Shown here: positions 39,517 to 54,300 of the stretch, piece after piece
How positions within the stretch are numbered: the stretch's first letter is position 1
How the letters are laid out: every line of letters starts with the position of its first letter
Origin: Paraphysomonas bandaiensis
Lineage: Eukaryota; Protista; Chrysophyceae
Reading direction: 5' to 3'
Length of the DNA: 64,000 nucleotides
NCBI GenBank assembly: GCA_965644295.1
Contig: CBFFRP010000405.1
Span: 124,001-188,000, forward strand
The notes under the pieces: model-generated
Told to the model about the DNA's origin: nothing
Databases searched by the model: none
The model's input: the letters and a program-made list of their open reading frames with translations, nothing else
Made by a program: the position numbers and the translations under genes

Positions 39517-41087
39517 GTTTCCTGCCTAATTATGCACTTTATAAATATGTTAACCTAGTGGTATATTTCATCACTCGAGACGGTCTTGTACATGTTATCA
39601 ACACCTCCACAAAAACGATGAATGTCGTAAATCTTCAAAAGTCACTTTTCAGTTTTATTATATTTCCATGAGTGTTGTATAAATCGTTTTTGTATAACAA
39701 AACCCGGTTTATCCCAACATTACCAGTGGGAGATGGGAATAGGACATGGGTGAAGTGAAAGGTGAAAAGGGCGAATTGCAGGCAGCAACCACTCCAGCAG
39801 TACGGCAGTTATATGATAGGAAGTGAGAGTTATATCTTCTATATCCTCCATACGAGAAACATATCATCGAGCAAGTAAGCACCCAGTGCAATACCAAGGT
39901 AGACCTTTGACAACATGGCCAATGCTGGAATGTGCACTCGCTCCAAGCAAGGTGCATTCTATGCTTGAGAGAGAGTAGTTGAGACCGAAAAGTGTCCTTT
40001 ATATTTTATTATTATTTTATTTGGATGTATGATGTTGAGACCCATGTCTTCATTTGAGAATAACCAAATAGAAGAGGGAACTTACAAGGTCATTGTGGAT
40101 ACAAATCTTTGCAGCGATATGAGAAATCGATGAGAGAATTGCGGCACTCTCCGAGAAATCATTCTGAGCTTTCTTTAATGTGTAATACCCTGGAATAAGA
40201 TTCAGTTAGAGTCACCAATATAGCACTAAGGATATTCATGTGAAAATTCTGATATACTGAGTGACCAAAAAAGTTGACTCCATGTTTGAATACGATGAAG
40301 TTAGCAATATAGCAGTGTGTATCAAAAAGATCTCATATCCACAGATCAAAGAAACTTCGAAGCTAAAACAGGAACAGGGAGCACCATGGACAAAGATATC
40401 AGTGCGACGCTAAAGCATGATGTGGTTGACGAGCAGGTGAGTAACTGCCACAGATCTAATCCTAATGTAATGTAGTTAAGAGATTGTTTAGCGTTATGAA
40501 ATAGAAAGCATTACGGTAGCGCAGAAGCATGAATCCGTATCACCTGAAGCCATGCTAGGCCTCCGGTGCTACTACTTTCATCAGCAGTGTATGCGTGAAG
40601 ATGATTGACTGTCTGAAAGTAGTTTTCCTTCAATTAGTTAACTTCGCCATTAGTACAATTTGTTTAAATAAGATAAACAATAAGTGACAAGATATGCTGT
40701 ATGCTGGATACTGACTAATGTCAAGTGGAACCCATTCTGAAGCTCATCAGACTACTTAGCTACTTAGTATACGGTATATGGAGGAAAGGGTTTGCTTCCT
40801 GATAATATCTACCATCTACCAGACCCTGTGATATTTCACAGCTTGTCTTTAGTATCAGTCTTGTGTATCTATACAAAATACTGCTAGATATATATTTCGA
40901 CAGGTTCTCTAATCATAACTAAGTCATTGTAGCTAGGGCTGCGTAACAATTAATTGAAGTGCGGTCAATTGCAGTTAATTGTAATAATTAATTGAATTGC
41001 ATGGCATATACGTAATAATTGCAATTATAATTGCCCGCTGGAAGGTTGCAATTAAGTGGCAATTATTAACTATATAGTGTAAGGTAT

Positions 41088-41111
41088 GGGGTATGGGGTA
41101 TGGGGTATGGG
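41088..41111 (+). repeat. (GGGGTAT)n tract, potential G-quadruplex
   Basis: GGGGTATGGGGTATGGGGTATGGG: four G-runs with 3-nt loops. Confidence 0.6.
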
Positions 41112-41118
41112 CAGATAA

Positions 41119-41870
41119 CAGGGATAGGGAACAATATATTGTATTGCAATATATTGTAAAATATATTGATTGGTGGACTGGTCAAATATTCCATCAATAG
41201 TGTTTCTGTTAAAAGACCTCACAATAATATTGCAATATATTGCAATCACTATTATGATAGTCATATAAGAGAAGATTCTCAACTGTAGGGTGCAAAATGG
41301 ATATAAGCAACCGAGAAATTGATTACATCATTACAAAGGATGTTGACTATGCGACTAAAAACCTTCAGTCAGCTCAAAAAGTTAAGAAACGTACAGATCC
41401 ACGAGTCATTAACGGTTGCCTGGCCCTGGTATGTACTTCCAATACATATGGGAACGTCTGTTCAGCACAGCTAGACATATTATATCAGTGTTGCGCAAAA
41501 GTATCCATCCTACTTAATATGCTGTTGTTTCTGAAAGCTATTCGAAGGTTATGGCCGGATACTAGCATATTTCAATCAATTCTGTGGATGAATATGGTGA
41601 TGTTGACGTCACCGATGATGGCTCAGAGGATGAGGACAAGGTGGATTTTTAGTAGCTATAAGCAGCAGTTGGTTTGGTTGTCATGTGATCTTAATGACTA
41701 ATACTAAAATTAAATCTACGGATGTGTTTACCTACTGATTAGTCATACTAATATATTGCAATATATTGTAATTGTATTGTAGGACGTAGGACCGGTTTAA
41801 AAAATCCATCAATTCTATTGATGGAACGCTATCTAACAATAGTATTGCAATATATTGTTCCCTATCCCTG
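41119..41870 (+). mobile_element. Nested, internally deleted hAT element (inner)
   Basis: TIR CAGGGATAGGGAACAATATATTG at both ends; 8-bp TSD GCAGATAA; frameshifted TSN..ERLFSTARHIISVLRKSIHP..MLLFLKAIRRLW hAT dimerisation remnant. Confidence 0.9.
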
Positions 41871-42446
41871 GCAGATAATATTAGTATTAGAAGTTGGAAA
41901 GCATTAATTTTCAGTAGATCAAAAATCAACACGAGTAATCTGCTCAAATCTAGGGCACCTCATCAATTAGAGGCAATTAAGTTCTCGCGCTTTAATAGAT
42001 TTCTGTGAAATGCAAGTACGGTTGAAGATGCTATACGTGCTTGTATTGAGTACCTAAGTTAGTTAGAGAGTAATTAGCACAATTAAATTGCAATTATAAT
42101 TGTGCGAGCTATAACTAAAAATTGCATTTAAATTGCAATTAATTGTTACGCAGCCCTGATTGTAGCAGAGTTTACACCAGGGTTTACTTCTTAACCTGAC
42201 ACTATTATTCACTGGACTCACATTATCGTACCATTTACTAACTTTCATACTTTATTAGTATGGCTATTTTTTCAACAAACACGTCATAAAAATAGCAGCA
42301 ACTGCTCGTACAGCCCAGGCAGATGTGACACGAGGCCACCACAGCTTAAACACATATTTGTAACTAGTTACGTAAGATAACTGGACGGGGATGGAAGAAC
42401 TACGTGCAATGTACACTTGATACAGGAGGTTTACATACACAAAACT

Positions 42447-43139
42447 TTAAATGTTTTTTTCTTGCAGAGAACTGACAGAATAAAAGCGCTCTGCATCCAC
42501 ATACTTACCATTAATTTGCTTTTGCGTACCATCCGGAAATGGTAAGACAAGCGTGGTACTGTCAGATCCACTTGGAATTAACATTTCGTCGTCGTGGACA
42601 AGCCGTCTTGTCTGTGGTTTTATGTAGGACCATCTACTCTTCATCACATCATAATTCTTCCATTCAGGACTAAATTGTCCTGTTGAAGGCTGTGAACACC
42701 GTCTTTGTGGAGAAGTTTGATAAGCTTGTCTGCAATATATCAGACTAATTTCACAGTCATCTATTATAAATAACCTTTCAACCGAGAAGCTCTTTGGCAT
42801 TTTCTTCTTTATCTCGTTAGTGTGCTCTACGATGTAATTTAGTTTCGCTAAATTATCGTTTCTTTCATCGGACGACACCGAATCATTAGTTATAAGAGCA
42901 TTCAATATTATTTGACGTCGATATGAAACTAATTTTGTCGACTCACTCACACCTTCGACAGCATGATATGGAGTAGACTGCTTCTTCCGCTGATTGGACG
43001 CTCTTTTCTTCGATAAGTTCTCTTCGTTTTCACTCTCCACTAACTCGCGGACGGCATACATTACAGTGTGATTTCTGTTGTCAGTGCAGTGATTGATACC
43101 AGAGCAAACAACAATAACTTCCTTTGGACCGGTAAGCAA
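42447..43139 (-). CDS. Hypothetical protein (230-codon open frame, probably a terminal exon)
   Basis: Long ORF in an AT-rich context with a basic NLS-like patch (KKRASNQRKKQ); host-type promoter tract at about 43240-43300; no recognised domain. Confidence 0.4.
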   Translation of the reverse strand: MLTGPKEVIVVCSGINHCTDNRNHTVMYAVRELVESENEENLSKKRASNQRKKQSTPYHAVEGVSESTKLVSYRRQIILNALITNDSVSSDERNDNLAKLNYIVEHTNEIKKKMPKSFSVERLFIIDDCEISLIYCRQAYQTSPQRRCSQPSTGQFSPEWKNYDVMKSRWSYIKPQTRRLVHDDEMLIPSGSDSTTLVLPFPDGTQKQINGKYVDAERFYSVSSLQEKNI

Positions 43140-44488
43140 GAATTACAAAACAATCATGCGATAATAGCCCAGCAGCCTTCCTGGACATCCAGCAGCACAT
43201 CTCAGTCACTTCTCATGCATCATGTATAACGCCATGAACTACTGCTGTAGAACAGAGCAGTGGAGGTATACCGGTATACGGTGTATACTGTCTCTACACT
43301 ATATCGTCAACAAGGCTCTGGCATGAGAAGAGAGTATCATATCTTTGTTCCGTGTGTATATTGGCCACAACTATTGAACAGTTACAGATCAAAAATATCC
43401 TTGCTGATGCACATCACGCTGTATGTCCTGATATCATGACACCATGAGGGACATCCATGTGATAGTTACCTAAGAGTAGACATATATATAAACCGCCGAA
43501 GCTTAGGAGCAGGAATTATTCTTTTATTAGAAACAATACTCTCATAACAGAAGTAAAATGAGACCGAATATAGTTGCATGTTGCTATTTTTCAACATATT
43601 ATAAAAGAATATCTTCAAGTGTTTAACGTTTAGTATAAAATAATTGCTTTGTATGTCTCTATTTATTACAATAAAGTAACATTCTCGTCTTTAAACTACC
43701 TCTCTTGTTGTTGTTGGAGTTTCGTGTCCTATGGTGGTTTAGAGTATAAAACTTAACCGTTAGAGTTAGTTTGCGTAATATGACTAGCATATAAATATAC
43801 TTTTTTTGACTCTGTATATTCATTGGCTCCAAGCACACTAAAAGAAATAATGCCTTTAATATACAAGAAAGATATAGTTAACCACGGGCAATAAGGAGGC
43901 CATATCGTTCCGCGCTCTAAATTTAGGACAAGGGACGATTCCCTAATTCCTAGGTTAAATTGTAGCTTATCTACATGATGGTGTAAATCTAATATCTAGA
44001 ATGTATAGCTATTTGTAACCTGCAGGTATTCGCTGAATAGCACTACGAAAAACAAATGAAAAATCAAAGTATTGTTTCAAATAAGGGTATGGTAATTGTA
44101 AAAGATTAACTAAAATCGATACATCCCTAACTTCAAGAATAGCAACAACAAATGCAACCCTACCACAGAAGGATACTGAGAGAATAGCAACTGCGAGGTA
44201 TTGAAATTCGTACATTAACGTGGTGATGAATGTGAAATTGTAGTCATTGAGGTTTTTTGTTATCATTGGCACCATCACATTATTTATAGACAACACATTT
44301 ACCTTGTGCAACTGACGCGAATGCAGTGTGTATGATAAAACACTCAATTCTGCACGACGCACGACAGCAACCAAAACCTGAAATGTGTTAATCCCAATTC
44401 AGGTCAAAAAAGCACTTCTTTGGACGAAATGGGGTAACTATTAAATGAATGTGAGAACAGAGAACAGCGACGGCATAATAACATAAAG

Positions 44489-44676
44489 GAACGGAAGTGG
44501 TTGCACTTGGTGCTTGCGGCGACGCACAAACAGCTTCTGTAGCGTTAAATAGTAGGATAATGGAATTTGTACGGATTAGTTATGGGTAGAGGTCTAACTA
44601 GTATGTCTAGCATTCAACTAGCCACTATATTGGTACAGGTTTCTAACGCCTATTGCTAAATAAAAAGACTTTCAAT
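44489..44676 (+). mobile_element. Minimal 188-bp 3'-end retroelement insertion (copy D)
   Basis: Highly similar to the 3' UTR of copy A; ends GACTTTCA; TSD ATAACATAAAG at 44478-44488 and 44677-44687. Confidence 0.8.
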
Positions 44677-44979
44677 ATAACATAAAGTATGCATAGGATT
44701 TCCCATTTCATGGCGTCAACACATGTCACTGGTAAGTGACCTAAGCAGCTAAGAAGTGATTCTAACGTTACCTCAAAATTTCTTCTTATTCCTCACACCA
44801 GTCTTGAGAGTGATACACAATAGTTTGAAGCTCAATAATACGGGTAAAATCAAAGCTTAAAGAAACTACTAGTTATTATAGATGGTACATTATAACAGCT
44901 AACTATTGCACTTACAACAGGTTTATTTCAAGCAAAAGTGGCTCAAAGCCAAAATTTTACTATCACGCTTACATATAGT

Positions 44980-46651
<1,672 letters not shown>

Positions 46652-47183
46652 CTATGTACCACAGATGAGTTCAACAGGAGACGATGAGGGAATCGGGTCT
46701 ATTCTTTAAAGAGAGTGCGCAGTGGTAAGATAGATAAGATCACCCCTTTGAAGATAATGCCACATCCATATCGTACATGCAGCACAGCAGTCTCTGCCTC
46801 CACTTCTCCACACCCTGCATTCAAATTTCAATTTATAGTATACCGCAGAATACGTTGAATCATACCTTCATAGTTGTACTTAACTACATTCATAGCTAGG
46901 TAGAGCAGTACATACTCACCTATACTCTGGAATTGGAGTTGCTGCAATTGATTGGCTGGGACAGGGTTAGTTTTTTTCCTGCAGGATGTCAGCTCTGTAT
47001 ACCATATACGGTATACATCTATCTGCACTTATCTTCTGTTCAAGATTACGTATACTTCCAATACTTGGCAAGACCGGCTCTGCATATGCTACGTGCGGGG
47101 CATATCCACAATATTTTATGAGAAAGGCTAAATAGAGGGTTTAGATTAGCTGTATTTAGTATTCAGAGAGGAGTCGAGGTCAT

Positions 47184-48493
47184 ATGGAACTTCTTGAAAG
47201 AGCGAGAAAGGGAATGTCAGACTCGGAGAAGAGTTTGCTCAGTGGTGGTATTGCTGGGTCTGTTGGCAAGACGTGTACAGCTCCCTTAAGTAGAATAACA
47301 GTTTTGCTGCAAGTGAGCGCCGGACGCCTCAGTCCACAAGACTCCTACGGTATGTCGTCGTTGACCCGAACTTGGACGGCAATTCATAAGGAGGAGGGTT
47401 TTCGAGCATTTTGGAAAGGAAATTTAGTGTCTATTATTCACAGGTTCCCTTATTCAGCAATTAATTTTGCTATGTATGAAAGATTTCGTGATATGTTGTG
47501 CAAAGGAGGTAGGCTGTCGTAGAGTGCCCATTTTTGTTTCATGATGTGTGTGACAGAGAGGCGTGTGTCTGAAACACCTCTTGTTCGCCTTGCTTGTGGA
47601 GGAGCGGCTGGGGTTGTAGCCTGTGGAGCGTGTTATCCTCTAGATCTTATTAAAACTAGGTTAATTGTAGACAAATATGGACACTACACTGGTATAATGC
47701 ATGCACTTCGAAAAGTAATACAAGAGGAGGGCATTTTCGGTCTATATAGAGGTATGAGGAAGTATATGTAGCATTACCATCTAAATTTGTTTTTCCAGGG
47801 CTATCGACAGCCATAGTAGTGGTGGCACCGACCCTTGCCATAAATTACTCAGTTTATGGCACCCTTAAAGAATACATTATACACAATAAAGTAGGCAACC
47901 TCTATTCGAATTCCACATCTCAACTTACAACTGTTGGGGGACTTTCCTGTGGGTGCGCCTCAGGTATTACGCCCACCCTGAATAAAATATATAAACTTCT
48001 TTTCTGTGTTCTTTTTTTGCTTATCACTTACCTGTTAGGAGTGTTGTCATCTCTCCTTATGTTTCCCGTCGATCTTGTGAGGCGTCGATTACAAGTACAA
48101 GGCTTCGATCACAGCTGTACTACTATATCGAAAAAGAAAATTAGTTGCAGTACAACAATAGGTATGTATTTTGTACAACAATAGTGATGTCTTGGTTTTT
48201 CTCACAACCTTTAATAGCCTCTAGATATGCATCCGCTTCACTGGAAGATAGGTCCGCGGCCAGAACAAGTATTTACAAACGGCATGGCGCTCTTGCGGAG
48301 TTCTCGAACGTTTTGCGGTGAGAATGCATCTTTCTATCTTAGTTTATACTAATGGTAATTTAGTGAGAGTGGTGTCAGGGGTCTCTATCGAGGGATAGTC
48401 CCTGAACTTCTTAAAGTTACACCCATGGTTAGCATTACGTTTTGTGCATTTGAAATGTGTTCAGAAATACTAAAAACAGAATCTAGGTTATAA
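47184..48493 (+). CDS. Mitochondrial carrier (SLC25) protein, multi-exon
   Basis: Three carrier signatures (TAPLSRITVLLQ, CYPLDLIKTRL, MFPVDLVRRRLQ) and EEGFRAFWKGN / EEGIFGLYRG / SGVRGLYRG repeats. Confidence 0.9.
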
Positions 48494-48796
48494 TATTTTC
48501 TAGACTGTATTGTTAATATGTTATTAAGCGCATTTGATTTATTCCCACTCATTTTCTTTTAGCAAGGTAGTATTCTAACTTCGTTTTCCGCAATCTAGGG
48601 TTATGTAGACTTCTCTCTATAATATTTCTGAAACCACACATAAAGGCAATACACGTCATACTAAACTCACATTTCATAGGACGAGTTCACAGTAGATACT
48701 TCCCGTATTAGAATGTAGACATATGTGTGAGATTTGGACACCGGATACTCCAAATGAAGAAAGCACACGCATATGTTTGCGTATATTAAGAGCTAT

Positions 48797-48901
48797 TTAT
48801 ATATGTTTAGTCATACGATCTAAGAGGCAAATAAAGTCGTCAAATTCACTGCTTTCGTAAACCATTGAGCCTGTTGCTGGAAACTCATCTTCTTCAGCCA
48901 T
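48797..48901 (-). pseudogene. Detached 3' coding end of the transposon-interrupted host gene
   Basis: Reads MAEEDEFPATGSMVYESSEFDDFICLLDRMTKHI*, in frame with ...SGLDPT at 55247 once the element and one TSD copy are removed. Confidence 0.8.
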
Positions 48902-48921
48902 CATCGGTGGGACTCCCGCTG

Positions 48922-49268
48922 AGTACCTATAGGTACCTACCTATAGGTATACCTATAGGTACTTTTATAATTAAAATCGAAGGTACCTATTAGGTACCTC
49001 TGTCTACCTATAGGTACATTTTTGAGCAATAGGTGGTACCTAAAGGTTTTCGAATAGGTACCACCTATAGCTACCCAGTATACCTATAGGTACCCCCTAA
49101 TACACGTACCTATTCGTCTCCCTATAGGTGGTACCTATGACCTCTAGATTTCCTACTGATAGGTATCCCTATTTATATTAAAATGTACCTATAGGTACTG
49201 CCTACATGTATCAATACTACCTATAGGTACTACCTAAAAATATAATACCAATACTACCTATAGGTACT
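48922..49268. repeat. Left subterminal array of palindromic ACCTATAGGT motifs
   Basis: About ten perfect or near-perfect copies with irregular spacing. Confidence 0.9.
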
Positions 49269-49528
49269 ATAATTAGCAATAATAAACACAGTATAATATA
49301 TATATTGCAAAGTAGAAAAAGCAAGCAATGCAGATCTGTAATCATGAATGAGTAGACAAACTATGTATTCAATTAATATAGACGGCATTAACATAGTTCG
49401 AAGTAAAAATTAACGGCAATTACTACTTAGAACCTACAAAATACATACCACGACAAATTTGAACCACATCGTAAGCTAGCTCCCAATCACCTGCTAAGAA
49501 GTAGAAGCATTGTGCACTTCAGAAGCCT

Positions 49529-51067
49529 TCACCGCCAATCTGAAGTTAACAGGGAAGTATCGTCATTGTTCAGACTGTCGTCGTCCTTCTTCGACTTCCC
49601 CAACGTTTGAACCATACCCCAACGTTTGAACCATACTAACCTTTCATTCTTGAAAAAATTCAAATCACTGTCACTTATCACAAGCTCACGCCGGGAATCC
49701 CGAATAGGATTCATACCGTCGGTCGCTCTGGAGCAAATTTCAGATGTCCATGCTTCTCGTGGAGGACCTAAAAGCATTTGTTGAGCCGTTGACTCAACCA
49801 TGATGCTAGTCTGGTCCATAAAGGCCTCAGGATCTTCATTTTCATCGAAATCGTAGGCTCCAATCATGATGCATACTGCCTCAATGGCAGTCTGCATATA
49901 TGACCCCTTGTTGTCCACTTGATACTTTCGTGGACTAATACCTTTTCAACAGAATTACATCAATTGGCACAATATAATAAATACTTACCATTTTCCAATA
50001 CTTCGGCTAATTCCCGTCTAAATGATGCAGTCGCCCACAAAGGCTGTGTGGAGAACAGCTTGGCGTGACAACATCTAATCTTGGTCTTCAAATTACACGA
50101 CAATTTGCGAATATACTTCTTGACATACCTGCAATGATATTAGAAAAAAGTAAATAATATGAGCAGTATATACTTGCACGCCGAAAATGCAGACACCACC
50201 TCACTTGCTAACAATTTTTCATCAGCTTGCAAAGCACCTTCTTTATAAGCGAGAGATAATGCCTACTAGTGTGTTATTCACAATAATAATATAATAGTAG
50301 CAGATGACTGGGCACTGTAAAATGCGATGCGGCACGATATATATATTATGCTGTACTGTATGATATGATATATATATAACGTAATGATACAATAATGAAT
50401 GGTATAAAATATATGTTATACGATATCATAATATTTGATATGGTTGTTCAAAAAACACAAGAGGTATCTAATACAATGATAGATATGAAATGTATAATAT
50501 AACGGTGTACGATATGTTAATACATGATAAAAGGAGGATGGTATTTGATGATGTGAGGGTATACAATATATGATGATATGTGATGCTATATGATTCAAGA
50601 TATGTGGCAGAGAAAACAACATGAATAACCTTGTTATGAGGAGCTTGAGTTGCAACCCCCTCCTTTGAAATCACCACCAAAATCAGCTGAATCAGTAGGT
50701 CGAAGTGCTCTTCCACTGAAACCACATCTCCTGTGTCCAGTTTAACAAAGAGACGTTCATACATCATCTCTTTGTGATAAGCACGGAATCCTGGAAGAGT
50801 GGAGAGTTTTTCGGCGCTCTGGCGTCCAATGCACAGCTCATTCGTTGTGAGAACCGTCGCCAATATCCTGGACTGGACTTTCTTATGCCTGAAAGTCGTG
50901 TACACTGTCGAGTTGGACGAAGAGTTACATGGAGGCATCCTGGCTTCTCGAGGTGAAGCATCTGACTGTTCGGCGGCGAAGTTGTCGTCCACGATGGATT
51001 GCTGTTGACAAGGCCTTTTCTGTGCCCTCGCAGACACAGCAGATGCAGTTCGTTTTCGCAGGGGCAT
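49529..51067 (-). CDS. Transposon accessory gene, 4 exons, predicted 359 aa, unknown function
   Basis: Exons 51067-50630, 50262-50174, 50128-49989 and 49941-49529 join through GT-AG introns into a stop-free 1080-nt frame; N-terminal basic NLS-like MPLRKR...KRP. Confidence 0.75.
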
Positions 51068-51279
51068 CTCAGAGTAAATTGTGGCATTAAGTCACCATGA
51101 ATTCACATGTTTGAAATTCAAATATTCGCATACTCTCTGAATATATTCACATACTCACACTTCGCCTCTTTGCTTCTTTCTTTCATATATGTAGTTATGT
51201 GATGCACTTCTTCGAAGTCAACTTCGAGAGAAGTCCAGGAAGTGTGTGCTATAATCGTGCACTCGTTTTTATATACTAG

Positions 51280-51380
51280 GAATTTCCTACTGTACGCACA
51301 GTACGGAGCAGAGTACAACACTGTAGTATACTGCTGTACCGTATAACAGATAGCAGTAGATACGATCGTAGCAGTATATT
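51280..51380. promoter_or_regulatory. Putative bidirectional promoter tract between the two transposon genes
   Basis: GTAC/GTATAC/CTGTA-rich tract resembling those upstream of host genes (6350-6600, 11760-11960, 15360-15560, 28260-28340). Confidence 0.45.
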
Positions 51381-54300
51381 ATGGACAGCTTGTGGAAATG
51401 CGCAATATGTCAGGGAATATTCAGTTCAAGTCAGAGTCTGGGGAACCATGGAAGATACTGCTCGCCACTGTCTTCAGAATCAGAGATTTGTACATCAGAG
51501 CAGTATTCTAAGAAACGAAAAGCTGCATATGGACCTCAGGCTTACACTATTCATGATGATTACAATCAAGATGACAGTGGAATTGATGAGTACAGTGACT
51601 GTGAGGACTCATCAATTCCTATGTACATGTGGCAACATCAGAGACTGGAGGAAGCAAGCCCAACTGGAAATACAGAGTTTCCAATCTGTCATCCAGATTA
51701 TGACGCGGAAGACAAACCACTCTCCACGTATAAGAAGCTCCAGGAAGTGTTTTACGACAAGTCTTATGGCGTGGATGCATTGGGAGCTATGAATCTTGAA
51801 AGCTTTATTGAAGCTGTCAGCACTTCGAGTAATCATAACATGTCAGATATTTTGCTTCTCAAGTTGTATGCATTTGGAAGAAAGTGCAAGTTAAGCCGAT
51901 CTACAGGAGATGCACTTCTGGAATTGATTCGCTTATTCAAACCTTGTGAAGAACTTCCAAAATCATGGAAGACAGTTGTGTCGAATTTCAAAAAGAGAAC
52001 ACAACATTACAGATATGTTGAAAAGTCTATAGGTTGGCCATCTTCGTGGGAAATGGAATCTTGGAAAATTTCTGGACAGAAACCTGACGAAATCATTGTT
52101 CGAGCACGAGACCCATTGGAAATGCTAAGTTATCTGGCCGTCGACCCGACAATTCAGTTCTCGTGGAAAGAGCACGTTCATTATGATACATTTTCCATGA
52201 CAGATATTAATACTGGTGAGAACTATGTTGGTGATCTCATGTCATCATCCTGGGCGAAGAACACGGAGCGAGTTATACGCCAAGAAAAAAATCCTGAAGG
52301 CAAATTAATGCCATGTCTACTGTATCATGACGGGGTTGCTATGGGGCATGGTGCCAACATCAAGTCTGTGCCAGTCCTGGGGACATGCGGCAATTTCAGC
52401 GATGAGTTAATTCGGAAAAATATTGCAAAGTTTTGCTTAGGTTTTATTCCTGACATCACAAGCACGATAAGTGTCGAAGCTCTGATTTCTCATTTGATGG
52501 AACGTGGAATGAGCCGAACCGCAGCAGGGAAGGAAGTCAGGTGGTTTAACTTGCACTTGGAAAAAGAATTCTGGAGTATGGTTACGGCTCCTCTCAAAGC
52601 TGCTTCTTCTAGAGGTGCAGAGATGTATGTGTTAGGAAAGGGTTTAATTACCGTTTATACCTTTCATCCTTTTAGCATTGGAGATGACCCGGCCATCCAT
52701 CGACAGTTTGGCTTATACGAAGGAAATTCCCGCTTTGCATGTGTTACATGTGAGTATCCTCTGAGGGCCGGTGTTTTTTATAACCCAGACCTTCATCCGA
52801 GGAGAGATGGCAATGCCATTGCTGAACAGTGCCGAAATGTGAATAGTGGTCAGCTATCAGACAAAGAAGAGAAGTATGTTCGTAAGTTACTTGATAATAG
52901 ATGCATCATGCCGTTTGTAAACGCCTTCCATCATGCGTTTATGGGCTACAACAACCATTGCTTCAATAATCCTCAAGACTTATTTCACCTGTTTTGTGCT
53001 GGTATTGCAAAAAGTCTTGTTTTATGGATTCTTAGCGTTGTTGACAGTATTAGCACAACAGTAGACCGAACATTTCGAAATATTAAGGGCGTGTTGGATG
53101 CCAGACTTAAGTTGATGCCTCAGGTTCCTGATATGCCACACGTGAATTGGACAGTCTTCAAGAAAGGCTTGATGCACATTATGAGCAATAAAAGTAAAAA
53201 GGAAAAGGGTCACTCGACTGGTTCCGGAGGTGGATATAGATCAAGTGAATTCATCACGGCACTATTGCAACTTCTGTTTGCGGTATGTTTTTCTAAATTG
53301 TATTCTCTATATTATGTGCTTGACATCACCTTTTTACATTAGATTGGCACGGATGGTCAAGTGCTACCGACAGATACCAACTACAGTTATTGCAGCAAAA
53401 ATTCACGGCACCTGCGTTTAGGCAATGTAACAAAGAAAGTGTTACAAGCAATTAAAGCCGTGCTGAACGTCTATTTTGAGTGCAAGAAAAGCTGTTTTAC
53501 TGATGGTGACATCCTGAATGTGGACCGTATGTGCCACGATATGGTTGCTAAGGTTTTACTGGTATGGGATTTGAAACAAACACTTCTTGGTAACCAGCCA
53601 TCAAGTCCATTAATGCGCAAACTCCATTCTGTAATGCATCTTTCACTTAATATTTCCATGTTTGGGGCATTATCAAAGTCTGATGCGGGTACTTGGGAAT
53701 CAAGCAATCGCTATTTTACAACCGAAAACTGGCGACGCACAAGCAGGAGGTATACTTCTTCTAATGTGGAGATGCTAACATTAGCAATATGCCAAGATCA
53801 TTGTCGAGTACTTGAGTTTATAGCCGCGTGCCACACACACGACACTGAATACATAAACTCTCTGAAGCCAGAAATTCCACCGGAGGTCGTTCTAGTTTAC
53901 CCCATGAGAAATGTCAAACATGTGCGGTTATGTGTTGATGCTAACCACTCCTTGTTTATTTGTGAAGAAGAAGGAATAGAATTGGAAGAATTTATTGGAC
54001 ACAAGGAATTATCTAGTAACTCCCTTACTGATTTTTGTAAACAAGCTCTTGGTGATAAGAACTGGAACTGTTTACAACGTGGTGACATCTCGTTGAAGTT
54101 AATACAGGCCCTCACCTACAATGCCAACAAAGAGAGTGGCATTGGTAAAGGATCTCATCATGCCATGAAAGGGGCAGAGAGTCGAAAACCACGCTTTGAT
54201 TTCATATGCATCCAAATGGAAAGTGGAGACATACAAGTTGCTCAAATAGTATCGATGCTTCAGTTGTCAGCGGCCAACAACACTAAATATCTCTATATTG

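Larger units (their letters stand above)
40934..42158. mobile_element. Non-autonomous hAT element (outer)
   Basis: TIR TAGGGCTGCGTAACAATTAATTG / CAATTAATTGTTACGCAGCCCTG; perfect 8-bp TSD ATTGTAGC (40926-40933 and 42159-42166). Confidence 0.9.

Noticed and set aside
39740-40600. Exon-like fragments divergent from RPS15
   Set aside because: Splice-like signals are present but frames contain stops and no product is recognisable.
48922-49268. ACCTATAGGT arrays as a CRISPR-like array
   Set aside because: Repeats are 10 bp, irregularly spaced, confined to transposon ends, and there are no cas genes; they are subterminal repeats.
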